From sequence record LC819007.1: 64,000 nt of DNA; one strand, 5' to 3'. Made by a program: the position numbers and the translations under genes. Below are positions 1 to 10,049 of the stretch, one piece after another. The notes under the pieces were generated by a model. That model saw nothing but the letters and a program-made list of their open reading frames with translations. It made no database searches and was not told where the DNA came from. Every line of letters starts with the position of its first letter. The stretch's first letter is position 1.

Positions 1-1
1 T

Positions 2-469
2 CTGGATGCTGGTGAAACACTTCCCCATCAGGCGAACCGAGTAATCGATTCCCTGAGCCTTGCGCTCCTGCGCGCGAGCGATGGCTGTGAAAAGCCTGCG
101 ACACCCTTCGACGAATTTGTCAAACTCGTCAAGCGGAATGTACATGCCTTCCTCGTCGGTGAAGAACTGGTCCAGCGTGATGTCCTTCACTTCTGCGAAA
201 CAGTCCTTGGGCGCCAGCCCTTCGTCCAGTTCCAGCATGCTCGCGTAATGATTGATGCGCTCGTTAAACGACAGCACATCGGTATTCACGCACTGCAGAT
301 ACACGCCCGAGGCTCGCACCGGGTTAAAGGGCATGCGGTTATCGATCTTGATCGCGACCTGTTCGACGAGCGCACTCGCCTGATCCTGCTTGGACAGGTT
401 CTCGACCTTCGCCTGTTCATCGTTGCGGCTCTTGCTTTGCATAAAGCCGCTCAAAAGTTGCCTAAGCAT
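2..469 (-). CDS. hypothetical protein, partial (runs off the left edge)
   Basis: ATG at 469 opens an uninterrupted frame to the window edge (MLRQLLSGFMQSKSRNDEQ...); not in the supplied ORF track. Confidence 0.6.
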   Translation of the reverse strand, partial: MLRQLLSGFMQSKSRNDEQAKVENLSKQDQASALVEQVAIKIDNRMPFNPVRASGVYLQCVNTDVLSFNERINHYASMLELDEGLAPKDCFAEVKDITLDQFFTDEEGMYIPLDEFDKFVEGCRRLFTAIARAQERKAQGIDYSVRLMGKCFTSIQ

Positions 470-549
470 GGGTTAGCCTGAGAGAGTGGTGAGAGAGATT
501 GCGCATACCAGTGATATGCAAACGATAATCCCCATAGGTAAATTCTGAC

Positions 550-954
550 TCAGTGATACTCGCCGGAGGGTGTGGGTGGTGTGATGGCTGGATTGAATGC
601 AACGATCCCGCCGGGCATCGGCACCATAGCTTTCTCGCCATACCGCTCGACGTACTCGTTGGTATCCAGTTCTTCGAGCCGCACAATGGCACCCGCTTTT
701 TCCAGCATCCCCATCGCCAGGTTCACTTTGTGATTGACGAGGGTGCGCAGGTACTGGTCGCGCGATTCGGGTGATTCGCTGTAACGCCGGTTCACCTCGA
801 TCAGTGCTTCACGGATGATGAGCTGTAGCGATTCCATGGGCATGGTGAAATGCTTCATGGCGTAAAACATCATGGAGTCGATTTGTCCGCTCGCGTCGAT
901 GGGGTACACGCGGACGAACTCCTCAACAATGGGAAATTGCGTATCGATTGTCAT
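550..954 (-). CDS. hypothetical protein
   Basis: 134-aa ORF with typical codon usage, downstream of the promoter motif at 1019-1028. Confidence 0.65.
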   Translation of the reverse strand: MTIDTQFPIVEEFVRVYPIDASGQIDSMMFYAMKHFTMPMESLQLIIREALIEVNRRYSESPESRDQYLRTLVNHKVNLAMGMLEKAGAIVRLEELDTNEYVERYGEKAMVPMPGGIVAFNPAITPPTPSGEYH

Positions 955-1018
955 AGGCGCATAAAAGGTATTATTTGAAGACTACACACGGGACAGTTCT
1001 GAAACTGCTCTCCTGTAG

Positions 1019-1028
1019 GTAATATGTG
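1019..1028 (-). promoter_or_regulatory. putative early (virion RNAP) promoter motif CACATATTAC
   Basis: Same motif recurs upstream of four other minus-strand gene blocks; resembles the phiKZ early promoter TATATTAC. Confidence 0.45.
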
Positions 1029-1056
1029 CTCAGCAGATTATACGTTCGAGGCGAAC

Positions 1057-1584
1057 ATGAGTGAGATCCAAACCGTGCCCGATACGGCACAAACGGGGCA
1101 ACCTGCCCCGCTGAATGACGATGACGTCCTGGCCTATACCCGAGGTATCCGGGTCAAGATCGTGAAGACGATTACCGAGAATCAGGAAACCAAAGGCATG
1201 CCCGTGGATAACGGACAAGCCAACCTGCTCGTGAATATGCTCAACGGTCTGGACAGCCAGGCGATGGGCAACAAGAAGCTGGCCCAGGAACAACGCAACA
1301 ACGACAACACTGCAGCAGTGGTGGCCGAGCTCTTGCGCAGTATCGACAAGAACAAGGCCTTCCAGTTGACCCCGGGTTCGAACGATGAGGTTATCGACGT
1401 CGAATCCCGGGTGGTGCCGCTCGATGCAATGCCGGTGACGTCCCTGCCGGGTGAGATGGACGTCGCCCCGCCGCAGCTGGACTACGCGAGCTTTGTCCGT
1501 TCACAGGGCAAGGACGTGGATGCACTGGGCCGCAACGCCAAGCACGACGAAGCAGATGATGACGAAGACGACGGCATGCCTTAA
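1057..1584 (+). CDS. hypothetical protein, acidic C-terminus
   Basis: ORF 1024..1584; likely start MSEIQT at 1057. Confidence 0.65.
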   Translation: MSEIQTVPDTAQTGQPAPLNDDDVLAYTRGIRVKIVKTITENQETKGMPVDNGQANLLVNMLNGLDSQAMGNKKLAQEQRNNDNTAAVVAELLRSIDKNKAFQLTPGSNDEVIDVESRVVPLDAMPVTSLPGEMDVAPPQLDYASFVRSQGKDVDALGRNAKHDEADDDEDDGMP

Positions 1585-2513
1585 AGCAAGTCGTAGGCTT
1601 CACTCAGATCCACTTGAGGCAACGGGTTTTCTCGCACAAGCTCCGCTCCAGGGTGGTGCTTGTCGAGAAACTCTTTTATGTCGCTTTCCGTCACCTCGAC
1701 CCGTTTGACCATCTCGGCCGCCGAGTGCTTGTTGATGGCTTCGTGAATAGAGAACAGTGACACCGGCATGTGTTTCAGCCGGAACAACGACGCGACAGCC
1801 TGCTCGGTCATCCTGAACGGGTTCTGCTTCTTCAGATCCAACTGGTCGATGTCGTCTTGCGTTGGCATCTGCACGAAGATCTCCGGCACCACCAATGTGA
1901 CAGTGGGAATGCCGCGCAGCTCGAAGAACGTCTTGTGCTTGTCCAGCCAGTCGATCCATTCATACCGGATCATGATCTGGTAGTTCCGCACGCAGTATTC
2001 CGGCGTCAGCTCTTCAGGCGGAATCGAGACGATCTGCACCGAGGACGTTGAGTAGGTGTGAAAGCGGATACAGGCGATCAGCATATCCACCAGTCCGTCG
2101 TCCGAGAAGTCGTACGGCCACACATTGACCGTGAAGCACATCTTCTCGACTTTGTGCTGGATCACTGCCTCCAACAGACTGTCCTTGATCAAACGCCGCA
2201 TAAAGAACACGACGTTGGTCAGCACCGAACGCTTGAGCGTGTCGAGGTTCCGGGCTGCGTAGGCAGCCTTGAACTCTTCCTTGCTCACCCCTTCGAATTC
2301 ATCAGTGGGGCGCTTGTGGTACGTGCCTGAGTTCAGTGCGGACACAGCCAGGTCGCTACTGATACCGCCCAGCGTACCCATGCGGGTGTCGAGGATTGCA
2401 TCCAGATCCAGATAGATGTTATCCGCATCCGCCACCCGGTCATTGGTTTCGCCAATGACGTTCGGATCACTGGCCGGTTTGAACGCGGCGGTTGTTTGCG
2501 CGGAGTTCGTCAT
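1581..2513 (-). CDS. conserved jumbo-phage hypothetical protein, possible HAD-like fold
   Basis: 310 aa; N-terminal IYLDLDAILDT resembles HAD motif I (DxD); fold call weak. Confidence 0.6.
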   Translation of the reverse strand: MTNSAQTTAAFKPASDPNVIGETNDRVADADNIYLDLDAILDTRMGTLGGISSDLAVSALNSGTYHKRPTDEFEGVSKEEFKAAYAARNLDTLKRSVLTNVVFFMRRLIKDSLLEAVIQHKVEKMCFTVNVWPYDFSDDGLVDMLIACIRFHTYSTSSVQIVSIPPEELTPEYCVRNYQIMIRYEWIDWLDKHKTFFELRGIPTVTLVVPEIFVQMPTQDDIDQLDLKKQNPFRMTEQAVASLFRLKHMPVSLFSIHEAINKHSAAEMVKRVEVTESDIKEFLDKHHPGAELVRENPLPQVDLSEAYDLL

Positions 2514-3153
2514 AGCTGAAAATTCGTCCCCAGAGATTAACGAAAATGAACATGATGAGCCAGTTGTTGGCCAGCAACCACTCGGTCATCTCCTCAGCCG
2601 TGAAGCGACGCATCGACAGTACGTCCGGCGTCAGATCCTTGTTTTCTTCCGGCTCCGGCACCAGCGACGGCGAGAGGCTTTTGTTCATGTCGATGTTGGG
2701 CATCACCGGCGCACCGGAGAGCGATGTCGCGAGGTTACCGATCATCTCGACCCAGGCTTCGTTGAACTCGCTGAACTGCGAGAAGAACTGCATCTGAATC
2801 GTGAACAAGAACTCGCGCATTGCCGGGTTCTTGAAGACGGTGTCCGAGACTTGTGCCAGACCCACGGTGGTCGCCATCGACTCCAAGGCCGTGTTGCGGA
2901 TCTCGTCAATCATGATCTCCACAGCCTGGTAGTGATTGCGGTATTGCCACACCGTGCGATTGAGCGCATGCACGAACATCTGTTCGGCCGCCATCGCGTA
3001 GTTCTGACGCATCGACAAAGCGATGTTCATGTTCTTCGGCGTCTCCGGGCGGAGCGCCGAGGTCAGGATCGGAGCGAGCAGGGGATTCTTCCGCTCTTCC
3101 GGTTGTAAGGGCACGCCACCAGTGGCGAACCCTTCTTGCGCAGGTGTTGACAT
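2467..3153 (-). CDS. hypothetical protein
   Basis: 228-aa ORF directly coupled to the RNAP subunit gene. Confidence 0.65.
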   Translation of the reverse strand: MSTPAQEGFATGGVPLQPEERKNPLLAPILTSALRPETPKNMNIALSMRQNYAMAAEQMFVHALNRTVWQYRNHYQAVEIMIDEIRNTALESMATTVGLAQVSDTVFKNPAMREFLFTIQMQFFSQFSEFNEAWVEMIGNLATSLSGAPVMPNIDMNKSLSPSLVPEPEENKDLTPDVLSMRRFTAEEMTEWLLANNWLIMFIFVNLWGRIFSYDELRANNRRVQTGQ

Positions 3154-3828
3154 TTAAATGCCCGTGTTGGAAATGTGCATCGAAGTGAGCAACGTCGACA
3201 ACGATTGCACAGCTTTGACCTTCGTGCCCAGCTGGTCGATCGCGTGCAGCGAGACCCCGCCGGTGTTGGAGATCATGTTGTTCATAGCGTTGAACCCGTT
3301 CAGGTCCCCGCCGCGGAATTTGAAGAACTCCTGAATGGTATTATCGAACCCGCCGAGAGCGGCCAGAATCTGCAGCTCCGGCCAGGAGATCTTCGAGCCC
3401 TTGGACTTGCCCGTCGGCTGACCCGTGAAGGTGTCGATGGAGCGGTTGTCTTCAGGAATCGAGATCTTCTTGATCAAGAACTGTGCCTGACGTTTCAACG
3501 GCAGATCGACGACCAGATATTCGTCGTTGGAGAGATAGGCAGGTGAGCCGTTCTGCGGGTCCATCCAGACGCGTTCCAGGAACTTGTGACCCCACTTGTC
3601 GGCCACATTCAGATTCCGTTCCACGTCCAGCGTGACTGCCCCCAGTTCCGGTACGATCACAGCGAGATAACGCTCGCCACTTTCCAGGTCTTCAATCCAA
3701 CGCTCGAACTCGGGGTCCGGCATGACCTTGAAGATGTCCTGGTAAATCTTGGTATTCTCGCTGCCTGGAAGGATCGCCTCGATGCAATCGATCAGTTCCT
3801 TCTCAGCTGCCTTGCGGTTTCCACTCAT
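3154..3828 (-). CDS. virion RNA polymerase beta subunit, C-terminal fragment (phiKZ gp149-like)
   Basis: D-T-F-T-G-Q-P-T-G-K-S-K-G-S-K-I-S-W-P-E-L-Q-I-L matches the end of RNAP beta (GQ...G.r.ge.E.wal); size and position next to UvsX fit gp149; start likely MSGNRK. Confidence 0.8.
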   Translation of the reverse strand: MSGNRKAAEKELIDCIEAILPGSENTKIYQDIFKVMPDPEFERWIEDLESGERYLAVIVPELGAVTLDVERNLNVADKWGHKFLERVWMDPQNGSPAYLSNDEYLVVDLPLKRQAQFLIKKISIPEDNRSIDTFTGQPTGKSKGSKISWPELQILAALGGFDNTIQEFFKFRGGDLNGFNAMNNMISNTGGVSLHAIDQLGTKVKAVQSLSTLLTSMHISNTGI

Positions 3829-4285
3829 GATGTCTAGCCTTGAATCGGTTAGCGGAGAAGCGAGCCTTACGTCTCTCTTGGTAGTCAAGCCACCATTGAT
3901 CTGGTTTGACCAGAATCACGGAAACGTGGATGCCCTGCTTCTGTGTGTTTTCGATCATTTCCTTGGTGCCGCGTGATTCGCCGTCCCAGAACACCAGCAG
4001 GTGTGTGAGCACTTTGCGCATCTCGGCATTACGGATATGTCCTGCAGCTTTACCTAATCCATCCCAATCGGCAGGGAAAGTAAAGCATGACACACTATGT
4101 TCTTCCGCCCATTCAATCGCTAAACGATCCGGTCCTCTCCATGCATCGCCGGAAATAAGCGCATACTTCTGTTTGGCACCCGCCCAAGAGAGAAACACTC
4201 TCAGGCAGATGTCAAACAGGTATGCATTATGCCAAGACCTACTTCCAGCTACACAGATTCGCACTGGGTAGTCTAGGAGATCCAC
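3803..4285 (-). CDS. SLOG-family protein (DUF2493/YspA-like)
   Basis: VAGSRSW, ISGDAWRGPDRLA, FPADWDGLGKAAGHIRN and FWDGESRGT are the hallmark motifs. Confidence 0.8.
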   Translation of the reverse strand: MDLLDYPVRICVAGSRSWHNAYLFDICLRVFLSWAGAKQKYALISGDAWRGPDRLAIEWAEEHSVSCFTFPADWDGLGKAAGHIRNAEMRKVLTHLLVFWDGESRGTKEMIENTQKQGIHVSVILVKPDQWWLDYQERRKARFSANRFKARHHEWKPQGS

Positions 4286-4452
4286 AGGTCGTAAGCCTCC
4301 ACCAAACGTGCGTTGTTCGAAGAAGGCTCACCGCCGCCCGTGTAGTAGGAGTCCAGCAAGATAGCCAGAACGCCCACCGGGATCTCCACCGTCTCGCAGG
4401 ATGACTCTTTAACCTTTTGAGCGTTATCGAAGTCAATATCCTCAGGTGCCAT
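4273..4452 (-). CDS. small hypothetical protein (59 aa)
   Basis: MAPEDIDFDNAQKVKESS...DLWIS*, below the ORF-track cutoff; fills the operon gap. Confidence 0.45.
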   Translation of the reverse strand: MAPEDIDFDNAQKVKESSCETVEIPVGVLAILLDSYYTGGGEPSSNNARLVEAYDLWIS

Positions 4453-4464
4453 GGAGATGGCTCC

Positions 4465-4632
4465 TTACAGAGCTTCTGCTGCTTGCAGCGCGATGTCCAT
4501 GCTGCCTTGATCGGCTTCCTTTGAGTACGGCGTCGAGGGAAGAACCGGGGAGATCACTGCAGTGCCGATAGCGGCGACTTGCTGAAGCGCCACCCACGGC
4601 GCCGAAAACATTGCGAGAAACAGCTTGTCCAT
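4465..4632 (-). CDS. small hypothetical protein
   Basis: MDKLFLAMF..., coupled to the upstream stop at 4634. Confidence 0.45.
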   Translation of the reverse strand: MDKLFLAMFSAPWVALQQVAAIGTAVISPVLPSTPYSKEADQGSMDIALQAAEAL

Positions 4633-4633
4633 C

Positions 4634-5236
4634 TTAATGCTCCGTGGAGGACGGGTGCGCATCGGCACCCATGTTGGCTTGCGGGTCATGCTTTTCCAAC
4701 GTCACCGGGAAGATCTGTTCGCCTTCGCCAGCATCTTCCCACGGCGGCGTTTGTGCCGCCGCTTCGTCGGTCGATTCGACCAGCACGCTGTTCACAGCGG
4801 TTTGATCGGTCGTGCCCGGTGCTGCTTCGTCGAGGCCGACGACGGGATCTTCCTTCTTCTTGCGCTTGCCGGTCTTTTCGTCGAACTCGTTCATGAGCCA
4901 GGGGATGATGCCCTGCGTCATCAGCGCCGACCACTTGATGCTGTCGATGCCGTCAGCCAGCACCATGCGCGGCGTGATATTGTCACGCTCCGGGATTTCG
5001 GCGAGGAACAGGCGCAGCGCGCGGTTGGCGAAGAAGATGCGTTGCTTTTCGTCTTCGTGCGTTTCGACGAGCGGATCGATGTCTTTCATCCACGCGGTCG
5101 GTTCCGGATAACCGGCTTCGATCAGCGCCTGGGTGAGAAACACGGCCGGCATGAACGGTGCCGGTGCTGCGGGCGTTTCAGCCTTGGGCGTTTCTGTGAA
5201 TTCGACGTCGGACACTTGTTGGTTGTTTTCTTGCAT
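4634..5236 (-). CDS. hypothetical protein, acidic
   Basis: 200-aa ORF in operon with UvsX. Confidence 0.65.
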   Translation of the reverse strand: MQENNQQVSDVEFTETPKAETPAAPAPFMPAVFLTQALIEAGYPEPTAWMKDIDPLVETHEDEKQRIFFANRALRLFLAEIPERDNITPRMVLADGIDSIKWSALMTQGIIPWLMNEFDEKTGKRKKKEDPVVGLDEAAPGTTDQTAVNSVLVESTDEAAAQTPPWEDAGEGEQIFPVTLEKHDPQANMGADAHPSSTEH

Positions 5237-5290
5237 GATGGTGTTGTGATGGGATGGTAAAGCGGGAGAGCGAACTCTCCCGAGTGTGGC

Positions 5291-6763
5291 TTAAACCTTG
5301 GTCGGCGGCTTGGGTTGCGCTTTCGTGAGGTCGATCTTTTCTTTCTGTTCCGGCGTGAACCAGTACGGGATGTACTCGCCCGTGCGCATACGCAAGAAGT
5401 CCATCGTCGAGAGGAACTTGATGTCGTCGTGAACACCTTCCGGTGCCCACCAGCCGCGCGTATCGAGCAGGATCTTCCAGTCGTAGCCCATCTTGATCAG
5501 ATCGTCGTACAGTTCCTTCGGCGTGCACAGGTATTCCGGTGCAATGTCGTGCCAGAGGTACGTGATCTGCAGCATTTCCGAGGCCAGGTTCAGGCCGCGG
5601 CGCAGTTCAGGGTGAGCGTCGATCTTGCGACGCACGAGGTGACGGGCCAGAGCGACTTCCGGGCAGAAAGCAAGCGTATAGTTACGATCATTGCCTTCGA
5701 GGCCCCAGCGCTTTTCTTCCTTGATGTAGTGGAACTCGGTCAAGGACGGCAGCACGCCTTCTTGTTGCGAGACAATCAGCTTGACGGCCATGCCCGACGG
5801 ACCCGACTTCGAACGCAACTGACGCACCGTCACTTCGTTCAAATCCGTGTCACCCGTGAGATCGTCGTCGGCATCGCGCGGATACTCCGGCGCTTTGGTA
5901 CTCTGATTGATCAGAGGGGCCGCGTTGTAGCAGTGCCAGCAGTTGTTCATCACAAACGTGAACTTCTCGGGCACGCCCTTAAGTTTCACGCCGCCCTTCA
6001 AGTGCTGCAGCTTCTTGGGCGGAGGATTGCGCGGGTCCATCGAGAATTCGCTGCCGATGTGCGCAGTCATCAGCACGAACGTGTAGGAACCACCGGAGAG
6101 GGCCGGCACTTCCATCAGGAAACGGTTCTTCTGCAGACCTTGACGCATCGAGACGGTGTTCGCACCGGATTCACCGAGCGAGTTCTCGTCCTGCATCTTG
6201 ATCACGTCTTGCGTGACGAATTCCGACATCGAATCGACTTCGATGCCAGTGGGCTGCACGATCTTGAGTGGCTTGCCGTCGCGATCGAGGAAAGGCGTCG
6301 TGATCGAATACTTGACCTTTTCCTTGATCTTCAAGTTCATGAAGTCCTTGACGGTGTCGTACCACTGGTCGCCGTGGTAGACCGTCTTGTCGGTAATCTG
6401 CCAACGGCCCGAGTCGAGGATGTTTTCACCCTTGAACAGTTCGTTGTTCAGTGCCATGCGCTGCAAGTGCCACTCGTGGATGTTGATCTCGGTGTCGTAC
6501 GTCGAGAGACCAGCACCCGGGCCCATGCGTGCAACCATCGTGACGCCCATGTAGTGCATCACGGTGGATTTGAAGTTGTTGCCGATCCCGACGACGCCTG
6601 TGAGAAAGCCCAGGCCGCCATTCAGAATCGACTCCCCGTGCTTGCCCAGCAGATACTTGCCGGTCGGGATATCAAGCAAAGCGCCAACGTTAATCATGAC
6701 CTTCACGTTCGGAGCTTGCGTGAGGCCCGGCATCAGAGGTGCCGAGAAGTTAGGTGTTGTCAT
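5291..6763 (-). CDS. uvsX: UvsX/RecA-like recombinase (phiKZ gp152-like)
   Basis: Variant Walker A VGIGNNFKST, Walker B EVDSMS, 490 aa, synteny with RNase H. Confidence 0.8.
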   Translation of the reverse strand: MTTPNFSAPLMPGLTQAPNVKVMINVGALLDIPTGKYLLGKHGESILNGGLGFLTGVVGIGNNFKSTVMHYMGVTMVARMGPGAGLSTYDTEINIHEWHLQRMALNNELFKGENILDSGRWQITDKTVYHGDQWYDTVKDFMNLKIKEKVKYSITTPFLDRDGKPLKIVQPTGIEVDSMSEFVTQDVIKMQDENSLGESGANTVSMRQGLQKNRFLMEVPALSGGSYTFVLMTAHIGSEFSMDPRNPPPKKLQHLKGGVKLKGVPEKFTFVMNNCWHCYNAAPLINQSTKAPEYPRDADDDLTGDTDLNEVTVRQLRSKSGPSGMAVKLIVSQQEGVLPSLTEFHYIKEEKRWGLEGNDRNYTLAFCPEVALARHLVRRKIDAHPELRRGLNLASEMLQITYLWHDIAPEYLCTPKELYDDLIKMGYDWKILLDTRGWWAPEGVHDDIKFLSTMDFLRMRTGEYIPYWFTPEQKEKIDLTKAQPKPPTKV

Positions 6764-6934
6764 TGTAGATGGTGGACAATGGGAGAATTCGGAGGGGAAA
6801 GGATTTCCCGGTCATTAGATTTAGTCGACAGTATTTTGTGACAAAATCATGCCCCTGGGCATAATGATTTGACACCGAACACGTGACTTGTGCCGCCCCG
6901 CGCAAGCGCCTCTTTTCAATCCAAGGGAACACTC

Positions 6935-7780
6935 ATGAAGACTCTTCATATCGAAGAACCCACAGGGCTGCTGGCGCTGGAAGCGCTGAACTCCACAGTC
7001 GCTCTGGAAGCCTTTTCTTTGCGCGCGGTTGCTAACCGCGCCGCAGACATCATCCCCAACCTCGCACACGCTTTCAGCGAGGTGCTGGCTACCAGCAAGA
7101 ACGACAAGTATGACCTGCGTCCGCTGTCGATCAACCTCACGGTGCTCAACAAGGCGCTGAAGGCGGCGAACTACCTCGAAGTGGGCCGCCTGAACGTGTT
7201 TGTGCCGCAAGGCTTCGCCGGGAATTTCAAGGAATACCTGGGCGTGCTCGGCGTGGCGCTGAATTTCACGAACAGCATCCAGGAACGCATGACGCGTTTC
7301 AACCAACTGGTCTCGGCACTGATCACCGATCGCAACAGCCGCAATTCGACGCAAGACCTGTCGACCGCTGGCTCCAGCATGGAACGTGAGCGCGAAGGCA
7401 TCCGCCTGCAGCTGGAGAAGTTCGCCAAGGCTGGCTCGCGCTCGGACCGCGCAACGTTGCAATCGGTCTACGCCTCGCTGGGTGAAGTCCCCGAGTGTGC
7501 ATTCATTGCTGCAGAACTCGTCTCGAAAGCCAATGAAGTCTCGCTGGTCGAAGTCGAGAAGATGACGCAGGACGCTTCCGAACTGCTCAAGGCACTCGGC
7601 GAGCAAGCGATGCAGGGCAAGGCAGAACTCTCGCCCGAAGCGTACAAGAGCCTGAGCTCGGCGACTCTGACGATGGCACGCGACGTTGAACTGCACGCAC
7701 TGCTGATGTTCTCGACCTGGCAAGTCAAGAAGGCGGTGGAAAACACCAGCGAAGTCCTGATCCAGGCACTGCGCTACTGA
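6935..7780 (+). CDS. virion (head) structural protein
   Basis: N-terminal LALEALNSTVALEAFS carries A-x-E motifs of the kind cut by phiKZ-like prohead proteases; start at 6935 with RBS. Confidence 0.6.
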   Translation: MKTLHIEEPTGLLALEALNSTVALEAFSLRAVANRAADIIPNLAHAFSEVLATSKNDKYDLRPLSINLTVLNKALKAANYLEVGRLNVFVPQGFAGNFKEYLGVLGVALNFTNSIQERMTRFNQLVSALITDRNSRNSTQDLSTAGSSMEREREGIRLQLEKFAKAGSRSDRATLQSVYASLGEVPECAFIAAELVSKANEVSLVEVEKMTQDASELLKALGEQAMQGKAELSPEAYKSLSSATLTMARDVELHALLMFSTWQVKKAVENTSEVLIQALRY

Positions 7781-7791
7781 AAGTAAAACGC

Positions 7792-7842
7792 CAGCATAAA
7801 GGACCCCGTACCGGCTTGTGGCTGGTACGGGGTTTTATGTTG
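7792..7842. terminator. bidirectional hairpin terminator with CATAAA/TTTATG arms
   Basis: ccccgtaccgg-cttgt-ggctggtacgggg between convergent genes. Confidence 0.7.
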
Positions 7843-7858
7843 CTGAAAGGTCTTGCCT

Positions 7859-8269
7859 TTACGACACTCGGGGGCGCTGGTGGGTCGCCATGAGTTGCAT
7901 GAAGTCCTTGAGCATGAAAGCATCGGACGCATAGCGCATCCACTCCGGAATGCTGCGAAGGAAATCCGCCGCTGCTTCTTCCGCTTTCTTTTCGCCGCGG
8001 ATGGCCGTACGTGCCGCTGCTGTGCATTCTTCCAGTTCAGGCCAGACGAATTTGCCAAGCTTGGCAGGTAGGTCCAGGGCATTGCGATCTTTTGCCAACT
8101 TCATCGTACCGTTCAAGCGATCGCACTGCTCTTTCGTGAATTGCTGCGCACCACACATCTTGCTGTAAAACGTACTCCAGAAAACCAGTCGCTTGGTGTG
8201 GGCAGGCAGAATGGTGGAAGAAATTGCTCGCAACGCCTTACCGACGTTTCGGACAACAAATGGTGCCAT
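7859..8269 (-). CDS. hypothetical protein
   Basis: 136-aa ORF. Confidence 0.55.
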   Translation of the reverse strand: MAPFVVRNVGKALRAISSTILPAHTKRLVFWSTFYSKMCGAQQFTKEQCDRLNGTMKLAKDRNALDLPAKLGKFVWPELEECTAAARTAIRGEKKAEEAAADFLRSIPEWMRYASDAFMLKDFMQLMATHQRPRVS

Positions 8270-8354
8270 GTTAGTTTGCTCCGTGTGAGGCGCCTGACTG
8301 CGCGCCTTCTTCTCGGTTAAACAAGAAAGGAGATAACCCAGGGCCTAGTGAGAA

Positions 8355-9956
8355 TCACTTCGTCGCTTTCGCCTTAGATGGCTTGGCTGTGACACGAATG
8401 CTGGAATTGACTCCAGACCAGATACCCACATCATCTCCGGCTTCGATGATGACGGCGTACATGAACGAGCCTTCACCCAAGGTGTTGGTGAGCAACCACA
8501 TCTTCGGGTGACGGTCTTCCAATTTACGCAACGCATTGCGATCAGGCAAATCAATGCCGAGACGCAGCGTAACATCACACGATTTGACTTCGCCGCCGGA
8601 TTCCTTCCACTGCGCTTGTGCCTTGTGCTTCGCGTAGCCGACGATGATTTCCGGTTTCAGAGTACACACAACCTTCGTGCGCGGCTCTTCTCCCTTCTTC
8701 ACCTTCTCGGCCTCTTCCTTGTAATCAAAGAAGCTCGCGGTGATGTCCGTCACGCAGATGGTGGGATCATCCGGATTCTTGTACGCTTCCAGATAATCAG
8801 CCAGGATATCCACGCTATCGAACACACGATCTACCAGGAAGGGCGGCATGCATTCCACTGTCACCACCACCTTGCCAAACGTCTGCAAGTGGCGCTTGTG
8901 GTCGACGACCCGATGCAAGAAGTCGGTTCCGTACATATCCAGGTAGCGTGAAGCTCCACCGTAGATATTGTCCAGATCGCACTTGAACTTGTAGTCGACG
9001 TCACGCGGCAGGCTAACCTGCTTGGCGACAATGTTTTCGATATGACGCTGCGGAGCAATCCGAACCAGCGAATAACCATCATCCGCCGTACGCTTGCCAT
9101 CGAGTTCCGACTGCTTGCCCTGGGTGGACAGCATGTACTCTTTGCGCTCGTCGCTTGCAGTGCCGATATCGAGATAAACGTAACGATGACTCAGGAACGG
9201 ATGACGCGCATCCGCACGTGACGCCCAATAGTCCGTCACATCCGAAGTCCGGAACACCGTATCCAGAACCGCCACAGCTTTGGGGTCCTTCGCAGTGATC
9301 CGTGCGGCGGTCGCCAGTTCGTCCGCCGAGTTGTTGCCGATACAGGTGCCGTGACCTTCCACCCATTCAAAGTGGATACGCACACCCTTAGCCTGAATCA
9401 GTTCGCTGATGGCGTGAGCCCGCCGCCAGAGTTCAGGATTCTTCACCGACGTACCATCACGACGGATGAAGTTGTTTTTGAGCCACTGCGACAGATACGT
9501 GTTGTGGCCATCGACCACGTAACGGCTGTCCTGACGCACCACGATGATCGCGCACTGATCGAAGTCCGGCTCCTGCACGATGCGCTCCAGGCAGTGGATC
9601 GCGGCGTTCAGTTCTGCCGTGTTGTTCGTACCACCGTACTCCAGCGGCACGAAACAGTCGTAGTAACGCTCCAACGGCACACGGTGCTCGAAGTTCGGAC
9701 CCGTGCTGGTCGAATCGAAGAGCCAGGTGAGGAAAGCCTCGCGGCTCATCTCGTTGACTTCGTTCTTGAATTCCTTGCTGGCAAACTCAAAGGAGTTGCC
9801 CTTGTTGGTGTAGCCACGCAACGTGGCCGAGTGGGTGTTGTGCCCGATGCCCTTGGCCGTCAGCCCGAGGTTCCAGCGATAGCCGTGGATGCCGGCGCCA
9901 CTGTGCTCGTTTTGCGGATAGCACCCACCGTCGGGGTAAAAGACGTAACCGAACAT
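8355..9956 (-). CDS. rnhA: ribonuclease H (phiKZ gp155-like) with C-terminal extension
   Basis: Catalytic DEDD residues: YPDGGC, TNNTAELNA, RQDSRYV, WVEGH..CIGNNSADELA. Confidence 0.85.
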   Translation of the reverse strand: MFGYVFYPDGGCYPQNEHSGAGIHGYRWNLGLTAKGIGHNTHSATLRGYTNKGNSFEFASKEFKNEVNEMSREAFLTWLFDSTSTGPNFEHRVPLERYYDCFVPLEYGGTNNTAELNAAIHCLERIVQEPDFDQCAIIVVRQDSRYVVDGHNTYLSQWLKNNFIRRDGTSVKNPELWRRAHAISELIQAKGVRIHFEWVEGHGTCIGNNSADELATAARITAKDPKAVAVLDTVFRTSDVTDYWASRADARHPFLSHRYVYLDIGTASDERKEYMLSTQGKQSELDGKRTADDGYSLVRIAPQRHIENIVAKQVSLPRDVDYKFKCDLDNIYGGASRYLDMYGTDFLHRVVDHKRHLQTFGKVVVTVECMPPFLVDRVFDSVDILADYLEAYKNPDDPTICVTDITASFFDYKEEAEKVKKGEEPRTKVVCTLKPEIIVGYAKHKAQAQWKESGGEVKSCDVTLRLGIDLPDRNALRKLEDRHPKMWLLTNTLGEGSFMYAVIIEAGDDVGIWSGVNSSIRVTAKPSKAKATK

Positions 9957-10049
9957 AAAAGATAGTTTTTCTGCGTTGAGTGGAAAGGAAAGGAGACGAT
10001 AGTGCAAAATGTTCCTACACACTATCGTCGTCGATGGTAATTAAACCCC

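Noticed and set aside
4239-4436. 65-aa ORF in the track
   Set aside because: An overlapping frame (4273..4452) has a better start context and couples to neighbours
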